From positions 1 through 64,000 of the IMG/VR virus record IMGVR_UViG_3300043434_000266: a stretch of 64,000 bases of DNA. One strand, 5' to 3'. The stretch is from a virus. The translations under genes were made by a program, and so were the position numbers. Of the stretch, positions 20,001-29,900 are shown piece by piece; position 1 is the first letter of the stretch, and each line of letters starts with the position of its first letter. A model generated the notes under the pieces. The model did no database searches. It was not told the DNA's origin and worked only from the letters and a program-made list of their open reading frames with translations.

Positions 20001-20932
20001 TATTACAAAGTGCTGGTGAAACAAGCGTAGCTGGAGAAATCTATGGTAATGCAATGTCAGAAGCAAGAAGACTTGCTAAAGATGGTAAGACCGTAGTATT
20101 TGATAATATCAACATACTTAAGTACGGTTCTGATTTAGACTTAGCTATTTTAAATAGTGAGTCTGATATTGCTAAGAAAGCTGTTACTACTCCTGGAGGT
20201 AAGACAGCTATTGCATTTGCTGAAAATACTTATCAAGGTACTAAGAAAAGAGTATTTACAGATAGTGCTGAAAGTATCATTACAGGAGGTGCTGTAAGTA
20301 AAACACCTAAAGCGCTTAAAGATTTAAGAGCAAGCGTTAATAAGATTACAGCTAAATCTGACTTACCACAGTTTAAGGACTTTATAAAGGCATTAAAGAG
20401 TCAAGGTGTATTAGATGATCTATTAGAAGATCAAGGTCTTACTCAAGAATCATTTGATGCTTTGATTAAACAAAAAGAAAATGAACTCTCAAACCAACTT
20501 ACTATTAATGATATCGTAAGTCTTGAAGGGGAAGTCCTTGTAAAATTCTTAAATAAAAAAGGAGAGGAAAGAATAGGTCTTGTTGTTGGAAAAACAGAAG
20601 ATAACAAACTAGAAATCAAGGATATAACTAAAGAATATACTGAACTTAATAGAGGTGACCTACTAATAGACATAGATGATTTAAGCTATGCTGGTTTGGG
20701 TACTAAAGCAAAAAGTAGTAAATTAGCAGAGAGAGAGGTTAATGAAAGAGTTTTATCAATAATTGAGTCAGAAAAAGTGGACAAAGCAGACAAAGTTACT
20801 AAAGCACAGTCAAACAAAACACAGACAGATACTGGTGCTGACATCGATGCGCAAAAAGATGACTTGGGTAAGTATGACCCGTTTGATAAAGATGCTAGAA
20901 ATAATAATAATGCCGACTTTTTAAGCTGTTAA
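14045..20932 (+). CDS. Giant virion/ejection protein 1 (TM segment, degenerate zincin, PD-(D/E)xK nuclease domain, degenerate P-loop domain)
   Basis: 2295 aa; apolar stretch VGIIGSIAA..LAGIGATGVGSGVAVAG; nuclease motif AGEMDILAY..IIDIKS..QQLGY; only Cys is the terminal residue. Confidence 0.75.
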   Translation: MSEIYRLPSGKPFSADIRKNVGNALTGPNPQPAPKTAAEARQQAMASMNKFVIEAPKADTLKYDKPFTFNSDVTGQNFERYYSHPQFKKLGFSPFRDNETAYNQNSSLWDDTVRAGKYYPKLVGLAVSGTFGNWDELFSATPDVDNSIKMERYMNMASSSRDGFGAKALNFGVNSAYTVGIIGSIAAEEAVLAGIGATGVGSGVAVAGTTKNILKLNKAFDRLADIFKAGSNITEARKTWEAVGKVSKAVLPFQNTANLFRQTERAAMGWNKMDDYAKAYHSFGAFFRDLREINLVTSESKLEGGFVQNEVANDLIKEFRAKNGRDPNDQESKKMYDQAREAGFSTSYANMAGIYASNKVVLDKLLKGVPVLGQVEHAASKSVRGSIVKNANWLKEGKNPFEVLYGAKKYVNKEWLKQTAKNIPKNGLRYMSANLMEGTQEVYQEATAEAMKQYYIDTYYDPNRAHQGHMMASIKNGLKSQISGRGLETFLSGALMAGPIQVAQNGLMRLGEYGNLVKLKSQAKSFDADPKNAGKENPYTKKINEYKEWDTKVVDALNDLTKNKKENFSKLYRNAKEQKDLADLYEDAALNDDTKTAVDTKEDSLFAHINTLRRSGTLDLFKEQLQSLSELSNEELNEAFNEPGGTNVVDGKNIGDRIQTTLKRIDEIDKHLSDVEKIANPYDARQDFFKWFGFEEARKMVAYHDYTYKRIGGRMTGISEKIQNTLSSLGSNPNYSDIAALFNVGREANLMDSMDMGMTSEIDLIQKEIEGIGDITDLTLKRRKDILLAKKNRLQNMSVAVQNYVQANKLMNSNLSPEEVDDVTERVAVAEQLLYDAFKDHLTNIGVSQGKASAEFGIFNKTIDELFGQYKDYWRLEADKTNFANAINMLYNPELYGQAVDRFAEAASQADIVKAEKAKEAALAYKKRYATNDFLNDLLSQYNVFVSEDEAEAYLANNIVPSKFVNADTGYELDPRRDKETYDKILDLIDKYDEVFFEESGQRLFKPATFDAGVRIAGTSGNKEIAEFVPEFAENDKRTFSDLAQEFGFSKGRAESQVKLDTVLNAIINSKYASQEQKELARKLIALTDKTDLITFKQNHYINSTYDSTNGIIVDARYSSKDYDAKVSVPIEYSILNGVMQKVITDALADPAYASQISELRKLAIAATSNDTEKALFKYGLANDKQFVSELLTNGDFQAFLQNIEYQGDSTEISNEAKSMWGKFLDILNDIFKDVLKLSKTVYAEAMTVTLNKLAQPKTGTTTSGQQPTATPGGGTSVDTDAQDAELMQKLRDKYDSIIAGMSDADKAGMVFDSWRKTDSRAIDIIKKHKADKIRSQASGQGAGSSQVFVDAATKRRALTAVGYTFDEINSMSEDEINDLYSRREELAKGFVPNLNSEDWGEIDEVMNAAKKRVADMNLKLTEDTKNYVQYDENGQPIEGTERKRVSSVVKEPLTDVKPVASARGNIIDGLFKDFLQGKLQSFDAFKERYKELQALPKNKVVNFSEEMLEDLFDSVRTVQKALNSKGIKVISDFPIISGILGSDAVAGEMDILAYNKNGKIFIIDIKSAFANRRLGYDVDNALRLALGDKYSQFSKAMKENDNLVRKAMGTFSDPADKALIEDTIKKVLEKYPNEESDFLEGKDITVPIFYPISDRAQQLGYKELLRQSTGLEADFINIFPITTDYAKAGTINGARMLPEIVGVRTDEDGNKVLQESNNYSIRVDTSKSIYELGIPGVTQTVTTYPENPIAQKAPQPPATPTPVSDIEAEIEKNKKADLEQLKTIPPGNYIRVNGNEKELLKKFREYLTDVLGWERMTIGFSNGNLTLNYLGTELKIPASINILGGNTAIIDINVENVIETKYNAELAALKGKPTQQQGGSSQTRTYDNKPIAKGLKGKVIYITPDSYTTGDMKTHSEDLVAGDDLVNAAILGLDQEALKTKLESFSKGSSRLANAAGGLLNFIKKTGISEKTLDGKNNFKYLLAVLQSAGETSVAGEIYGNAMSEARRLAKDGKTVVFDNINILKYGSDLDLAILNSESDIAKKAVTTPGGKTAIAFAENTYQGTKKRVFTDSAESIITGGAVSKTPKALKDLRASVNKITAKSDLPQFKDFIKALKSQGVLDDLLEDQGLTQESFDALIKQKENELSNQLTINDIVSLEGEVLVKFLNKKGEERIGLVVGKTEDNKLEIKDITKEYTELNRGDLLIDIDDLSYAGLGTKAKSSKLAEREVNERVLSIIESEKVDKADKVTKAQSNKTQTDTGADIDAQKDDLGKYDPFDKDARNNNNADFLSC

Positions 20933-20934
20933 TA

Positions 20935-23900
20935 ATGAGTATAATTTGCGACCCTTCAGGTGAATGGAGTATATCCCGAGAAGATATTTTTAAAATAAAC
21001 AGAAAGGTAGCAGGAATGCTAGCTGAGAAAATTGAGAAGAACTCTAAAATTGATTTAGGTAAGTTCATCAATGCAATCTTTGATGAGGTTGTAACTGCAA
21101 CAGGTGATCAGCAACGAGCACTTGCTGTAGCAAGACATATACCTTTTGCAATTGAATTATCTAAGCAAGTATTCCCAGACAAGATTCGTGTACCTCTACA
21201 CAAGAATAAACTATTAGATTCTGCAGCACTTGAAGACGTAAGTGTCTCATTTACAGAGTCTTTAGATAATGTTGCTACATTTCTAAATAACTATAGGGAT
21301 TCGTTAAAACCTAAAGTCAGAGACACTGCAGGAATAACAAACAGTAGTGCAGCTGTTCAACCTAAAACAAAGATAGATGTACTTGACTATGTCTTTGTTC
21401 CTGACGATGTATTAACTACAACGGGTCAGGAGGTGAATGATGAAAGAGATTTAAGATGGTATTATAACTTTCTAAAGTATTTGGGTGAACAAAATATATA
21501 CCCTAATGCAGACGGTACAATTAATTACTTTGGTAAGACTCTTCAAGTAAGCATAATGACAGGATTAAGTATTCCTGTTGATAAGTTGTATCCCTACGAG
21601 CGAGTAAAACCCAATATTGAAAAGATGAAAACCAATCAGATTTTCATCGGGTTTACTGATACTAACGGTGACTTTGTTTATTTCGATGATAACTATAACT
21701 TGACTGATGATACAGGTGCGTTTATTTACTTCCCATTAAGAACAGTTCCTAAAGTTATATCAGAGCAAAACGGTAAGCGTATTTTTGATATTGATGAGAG
21801 TGTTAGAGAAAACAGAATACAACCAATAGCTAGTATAGTAGCTAACAGGAGACTTGCTGGTGAAAATACAAATGAGGAACTTGTAAGGGATCAGATAAAT
21901 CAAAACTACAACGATATAAAAGATATCACTGATTACTTATTAAGTAAGGGTAACTATAAGAAAAAACTTAAACTGAACCTAAACAGAATAAGCAGAGGTT
22001 TTATCTTTAGAGTTTCTGGAACAGAAGGTAGAAAACGTATAGACAGTATTACAAACTTGTCTGACTTTAATCCGGTTATTCTTGATTCTAATGAAGCTAA
22101 GGGTATGGTAAAAGCAGCTTTCTATGTAACGGGAGTTGATGAACCTATACCATTTTCAATGGCTGATTTTCCTAAAGAACTTGCTGAGAAGACAGCAGAT
22201 CTTTTATTAAATGATGTATACTATGATGGTAATCTAATTACTTCAACTGATAAATCACGCTTGATATCTCAATACTTAGGATTTAATCTTAATGATAAAA
22301 CTGGTCCCGAGGGTACTGTAGGATTTATGTATAGTCCTACTACAGGAGAAATACTTATTAATTCTAAACCCTTAAGTACAGATAAAGCACAAGCAAAAAA
22401 TGAGATTGTTGATTACTTAACAAGGGATATAAGTATACCAACTGCTGATAAAGAGATAGCGTTTAAAAATAAATTATTCTTTAACCAGCGTTTTGTAAAT
22501 GATAACTTTACAGATTTTAGTCTGTCACCTGTATCAGAAGGATTTGCTTTAACTACAAATCAAGATGTTACTTATGTTGATTGGGTAAAAGACAATGCAT
22601 ACGTTTATGCAAAAACCACTAATGGTGAAATTCGTGAAGAGAACGGTTATATAGCATTTGAGGTTCCTATTGACACTTTGTACATAGCTCGTCAGAAAAT
22701 GACAGATGCTCAGATAAAAGAGTTTAAAGCAAAGCAAGAAAGCAAAACAGTTAAACCTAATAGTGTATTAGAAAATAATGCATCTCCTTCTTCACCAACA
22801 AATTTAGCAGATTTGCTAATGCGTCGTGATATGACTGGTTTTGATGTTAGTGCTACGCCTGAACAAATTGAGAAAGCTAAAGAAGATTACGATGCAAAGG
22901 TTATTACTTTCAGAGATAAGAACGGTAAGGTTGTACAGAAGAAGCTAACTGATCTTATACCTTACGAGGTAATGTTTAACATTGCTAATAGTAATGGAAA
23001 CGTTAGAGCAACATGGACTCGTGCAGGTATTACTCTATTCCAAGGATCCGACTATACAGATTTATATCATGAGTCTTGGCATGGTTTTACACAATGGTTT
23101 CTTACAGGTGATCAGAAGTTAAAACTTTATAACGAAGTAAAAAACTCTGGAGAAACTATTCGCTACTATAATAATGGTTGGAAAACTATGAATAGTAGTA
23201 AACTAGATTTTAATAATCCGGACCACATCCTATATGCTGAAGAACACTTAGCTGAGAAATTTAGAGAATACTCTTTAGGTAAGTATACTCCAGCTAGTGC
23301 TGTTGAGAAATCTATGTTTAAAAAGATTTGGGAAGCAATCAAAGCATTGTTTGGTTTTGGTTCTCCTGAAGAAGTACTCGCTCCATCAGGTTTGGTAGCA
23401 AAAGCATTCCAAGATTTAAAAGCTGGTAACCTTGTTGACTACACTTTTGATCAAGCAAACGTTCGTTTTAATAGATTAAATAGTGGTATTACAGCACTTA
23501 AGAGTAGTACCAGTCCTATTAAGAACTTGGATATTACGTCATCTCTAATGGTTACAGAGGGTATAACTGATGTCATATCAGCTTCTGTAGATGAATTAAA
23601 TAAAGAATACGGGACTAATAAATTTACAATTGGTATTTTTGAAAATGATACCGTAAAGAAAGAAGTTCTTAGAAGAGCAAAATCAAAATTAATTGACAAA
23701 CTTAATGAGTTAGAAGCTAAAGTTGATTTAGCTACAGGGTTTGAAAAAGATAGACTTGATAAATCTGTTCAGACTTTATCTTGGGCAATTGATAATTTTG
23801 ACATTGATGATGTAAAATCCGGAACACTAAAGTACTATAACGACAGAACTGGATTCTTTACATTGTCTACAGGTGCTAAAGTAATAGATACTGAAACAGC

Positions 23901-26900
23901 TATAGATGGACAGACTGAAGAAAATACAGATGCTCCAGCAAGTCGTGAAGGTGTGACAACTGATGAAGGTACTGAGTTCTCTGCAGTAGATCGTATGTCT
24001 GATAGCATGCGATACATCTTAGAATCTCTGTTTGAAAGAGTAGAACCTACTAAAGACAATCCTGAAGGTTATGTATATAACGATTTAGGTTTTAGAAAAG
24101 CAGTTCCGTTTAAAACGGCATTTGCTGTAATAGCAAGTGCTACAGCTAATAAGTTGACACCTGAGGAGATGTACAAATCTCTTCAAACAGCGTCAGATAC
24201 TAAAACTCGTAATAAAACTCAGAATTATAAATTCTTATTTATTAAACAGTTGTTAGCTAAGTTAGGTGATCCAAGAAATCCTAACGCACAAAGTTTGACA
24301 GGACAAAATCTTATTAGTGAGTTTTTCTTTACATTCCGTTTAGATAAACAAACCGGTATACAAGTTACTGCAGAAAGAGAAGGTGTGTCATTAACTATTA
24401 AAGTAGGAACATCTGATTCTGCTGAAAAAGCATTTGGTAGAACATTAGAAAATCGTTTCCAAACCGGAAAGGTGAAATCTAAATATATAACTAAGAATAA
24501 GAATAACGAGTATGAAATTAATCTAAAAGGAATACTTGAAGATTATCCTTCATCAACAGCTGCTAATGCAAGTCCTGTCTCATTTTTAAGAGCGCTTGGT
24601 ATTGATATAACAGACACAGATGCTGTTATTAACTTCTTAAAGAAGCAAAATGCAATTACAAATATCTATCAGACAGTACTTGATAGATCTAAGCTTATAG
24701 ATAAACCTACAACGTCATTAGTACCCGAAAGAGCTTCAGGACTATTTAATGATAAAAGTTCTGTATGGAACACGTTACTAGAAGCTGAAAGTAAGTATTC
24801 AGGTTTTAACGCTGGTTACATGTTTAAGAACGTGAATGGAGACCCTCAGTCAGAGATGAACAATCCTAGCACTGCTGGTAACCAGATCCACCTTATAAAT
24901 GCAGCAAAAACCTATGCAGAATTAATTTCAGATCCTCGCACAGCGCACTATAGTACTGAAAGAAATTCTTGGGTAAAAACATCTGTAATGTTCCAAAAGC
25001 TATTTGGAAAAAAACTTACAATAAAGAATACTGAGGACGGTAGACCTGTTAGTATAAACGTTCAATCATTGTTAGGAACTCAAGCACTTAATGTAGAAGA
25101 TGATATCAGAAGTTTAATAAGTGGGATGAAGTCAGCGGCATCTGATGTACAGACTGCTTACTTACGTGATTACTTCATGACCTTATTAAACGGTGCATCT
25201 GAAGCATTTAAACATGCTGATAAATCATCTACATATGTAGCATCCTTAGATGCAGGAGGTGTATATTACTATGTTAATCCTAAAACATTTACATCAAATA
25301 TTGGTAGAAACAAAGCAAATGAAATCTTTATAGGTTACATTGCTTCTGAGTTAGAGCGTATTAAAAAAGTAAGTTCTAAAAAACTTATAGGTGAACAAGC
25401 TGATGATATTATCTTAGGAGGTAAACCAGGATCATATGAGACTTTAAAAACAAGAGGTTCTGAATTTGTTGTCTTCCATGATATAATAAAAGATGAATTA
25501 AAAGAGGAGCTTATAAAGTTAGATGTAAACACAGTTGAAGATTTTCTAGATCTTGTAGGTAAAGATGCTAGTTTAAAAGATAAGCTAGTCAATGCTTTAA
25601 ATAACTATTTTGATCAGTTAGCACTTGAGGACTACACTATGCTAAAATCTTTTGGTGTAACAAAAGCGGAAAACTTCTTTAAGACAATTAAAAATAGATT
25701 CCCGGAACTAGCTGTACTTAGCGATCAAGACGTTTTAAAAGCTACATCTGAAGCATTTACATACAATGCTTTCATACATAAGATGGAGATGAGCACCTTG
25801 ATTTATGGTGATCCTGCACTATACACACATGACAAAGATGAGCACATGAAACGTGTTTCTGGTTTCTTTGCAACAGGTCGTATAGGTAGAACAGACAGCA
25901 GTATGAATGCATTTATTGCAGCAAACGCTGGATCTTATCATACATCACAGTGGTTTAAACAATCAGGATTTGCTGCACCTACAAATACTTTAAGCTATCA
26001 ATCAACAATTCTTCCTATTGCAGTTGGTGAAGACCCCGTAGATAGATCTGTATATCTTGATGAGATGATCAAGATTGCAAAAGAGCAAGGTATTCCTGAA
26101 TCAGATTATGCAGCTTATGAAGAAATGAAAAGTGCTGATGGTGAAGCTTGGATAAGTTTTGATGCATATAGAGCGTTGGAGATTCGTTTTAGAAACTGGA
26201 ATCCACAGAAAGAACTACTATATAATAAGATCATTAATAATGAAAAGACAGATAGTGCTGAAGTTCTAAAAACATTCTATCCTGTAAAGAAACTACAATA
26301 CTCAGGACCACTAGACATTACTAACTTTTCTGCTTTAGCTTTCCATAAGTACTCACTTATTCCATTAATACCTTCTGTCATTAAAGATAGTCGTTTAGAA
26401 GTACTCCATAACAAAATGGTTTCTGAAGGTATTGCATATACTGTACTACAGTCAGGTTCCAAGATTGTATCTATCGGTAAGAATGGTACTTTGGATTCTT
26501 TCTATGATAAAAATTACAATCCTAAATTTGCTGATCCTAATTTTAAGTTTACAAAAAATAACATCTTTGTAGACTATCTTAAAGAACAGTTAGTTACTAA
26601 GGATAAGTTCAAAGAAGAAATTGATTTCCCATCACAGATTCGTAAGCTTATTGTATTAGGAATGGATCCTGAAAGTCCATTAATTAAAACCTATTTGAGC
26701 AACATCGATAAGATGACAAAAGTTGCGGAGACAGAACTTAAGATGGAGCTGGGTTATAAAGATGTAAAATCTAGAAAAAAAGGTGAACCTGCTTTAGATC
26801 TTAAGAAACTATTAGAGTATGTAAAGTCAAGTCTTACCGCACAAGACTTAGCAGAACAATCAATTGATTTCATTGAGATAGGTGATGACGGTAAATTAGT

Positions 26901-29900
26901 ACGTTTCTTAGACCTTTCCGAAGATCCTTCTAAGATTGAAAAGATTATTGGTGCTTTGGTAAACAAACGCATTAATAAGCAACCTGTATATGGTGAGCAG
27001 TATATTCAAGGATCTAGTGTAGGGTTTGAGAAATTCTCTAAACCTACTCAAATAGATCTTGATAAGTACGGTGAGTGGGGATTACCATTCTACAGAATGA
27101 GTAAAGATGGTAAGTCTGTATCAGCAATGAAAATTAAAATTGCTTTACACGGTAAATTTAAAAACTTACTAAAACTTAATCATACAGATAATAAAGTAAT
27201 CGGTACCATAGAGAGACTTAATGAAATGTTGAAGGATGAGAACTGGTTGAATACCGGAGAACATCGTCAAATGGTTACGCTTATCGGTGCTCGTATCCCA
27301 ACGCAGGGTCCAAACTCTATGGAGTTTATGGAGGTATTTGAGTTCTTACCTGAAGAAGCAGGTAACATTATGATTCTACCTTTAGAGATTGTAGCTAAGT
27401 CAGGTGGTGACTTTGATATTGATAAACTTGTAACAATGATTCCCGGTATCACTGATAACGAGGGAGTTATTGAGATTGAGAAACCTAAATCATCACGAAA
27501 ACTTTTAAATACTATAATTGAGGAAAAGTACGAGTTGATTAATGAAATCAAAGAGATCAGAAAAAAGTATCTTAAATCTTATTTAACACCTGAGCTACAA
27601 GAACAAATTGATAGTCTTGAGAAGGAACAGAGTGATGCTTATCAAGAATTCTTATCGCAGTGGACAAATAACTACTATGTAGGAGGTGCTACAGAAAAGT
27701 ACTATAGTAGAATCAGTAATGCTAAACAAGCTATCGACAGCATCTATGAGCAGTTTGATCAAGATCTTAATGACCAATATAATGCTGAAGTAGAACCGGT
27801 TAAAGAAAAACTTCGTCAATTAAACAGAGAAGAAAACTTCTATAAACCAAAAGCTTATCAACAAGATGTATTAAACTCTATGAGAGCTATCTTAAGTAGA
27901 CCTGATAACTACATCAACTTAACAAGACCTAACGGTACTGGTATTTATACAGAAGGTAGTGAAGATGCTCAGTTTAATAATAAGAGTATTGTTGAGTTCT
28001 TAGCTGAGTTTAATCGTGTTTATAATAAGAAGTTTACAAAAACAAATCCATTGGGTAAAAAGAAGATTTCTCCAACCCGTATAATGGAAAATGGTTACAA
28101 TATTTCTAAAGCAGCTGCTCTCTTTACCGGTAAAATGGGTGTTGGTATGCTTGCTACAGGTAACACATTTCACGCATCAGCTGTATTAGCAGATGTGTAT
28201 ATGAGTCCTTTTAGAGAAGAAGAGAAGCTTGTAAACAAAGTGCCTGTAACTTATAAACTTATACAGCAGTTATTAATACCTCATAACTTTAAAATAGTAG
28301 ACGGTGAAAAAGTTATTGATTTTTCTAAACCTAAAGATGCTGATTTAAAAAACTATGTTCGAGATGTAGTTTCAGAGTTAATGAATGGATACTTAGACGT
28401 TGCGAAAGATGAGTGGGTTTATGATATTAATGCTGTTAAACAGTTGGAACCAGAATTTGAGTTCATGCTTTTAGCAGGGGTTCCTGTGAAAACTGCAGCA
28501 CTAATGTTAGCGCAACCTCTTGTGCGACAGTACCTAAATAAGTTTAAAGAGTACTCTAGTCCTTATGCACTATTCAATCCTGAGGATAACTTATCAAATA
28601 CAAATTTTGCAAAGCGTCAAGCTTTAATTGATGTACTACTTAAAAATGATATGTCTAGTGTGTTCCCTATGGATGACACGGGGGAACCAAATACATTTTT
28701 AAATACACCTGCATTATTAGAAACACTTCGTGCTCAGTATTTACAAGGGGATCTAAAGAGTAATAGAAACGCTTTAATCTTAGAAAAAGCAAGATTAGAA
28801 GGTTTAGAAGAAGTAACTGTAGGTACTGAATATGAAATATACTTTGATAAATCCGATAGTGTTTCAATACTAACTGTACAGTCTATTACACCTAAAAAGA
28901 ATGAGTATAGTGTTGTATTGAAAAATGAAAAAAGCGGTAAGGAGTATACATATACAGTAAATAAGTTTGGTGAAGGTAAAACAATGCGATTTGAAGAACC
29001 TGTCACATTCATTGATGTCACTTCAGAAATCAATAGATTATCTAAGCAAATTGCTGATGCTGATATTGAATTAGAAGAAGCTCCTCAAGGTGAGTTTCCT
29101 AATCTAGTAATTGGTGATAAAGTAACAGAAACTTTAAATAGACGTAGGGATGAGTCAGGTAATATTAAAAAAATAGAAGTCCCTGGAGAGTTTTATAAAG
29201 TAGAAGTTCCTGGTCATTCTGATATTAGACTATACTTAAGTAAAAATGACTATGGAACTTGGGTAGTCGAAGAATTCTACTCAGGTTTACCTGTTGGTTC
29301 AGGATCAACACCTAGTATAGCTTTAGCTGATGCTGAGAAAAAACTTAAAGAGAATCTTTCTAATATCAAGAAAGGTGATAAGGGTTACGAGATTGCAAAA
29401 GAAATAAAAGCTGATGTCAAAAAGTTGACACCCCCTAAAGGAAAAGCAAAATCTGTAAAACCTCAAGAGTCTCCTGAGATACTATTCAATAATGAGAAAC
29501 TGATTGATAACTTAAGAAAACCTGGATCTAGTTTAAGTAAACAACACTTTGCACATTTTGCTGAGATTATCTACATGGCAAGTCAATTGACTAACTTAAA
29601 GATGGGAATTCGTTTCGACACTTTAAAAAATACTAGTTACTTTGATGCAGATCAGCAAGAAAAAGGATTCGAGGCAACACTAGGTAAAGCATTCCCTGCA
29701 GATGTAGTTAACAGACTTATTGATAAAACTGTATTAAAAAGTTTTAGAACAGGAGCTTTCTTAAAAGAAGTCATTGGAACATTATTACCTGTAAGAGCTA
29801 ATTCAAAAGTTAATAATGCTATTGGATCTATTATTAAGGGTATGTCAGATCTATCAATGGATGATAAGGAAAAACTAGCAAGTCAGTTTAATACAGACTT

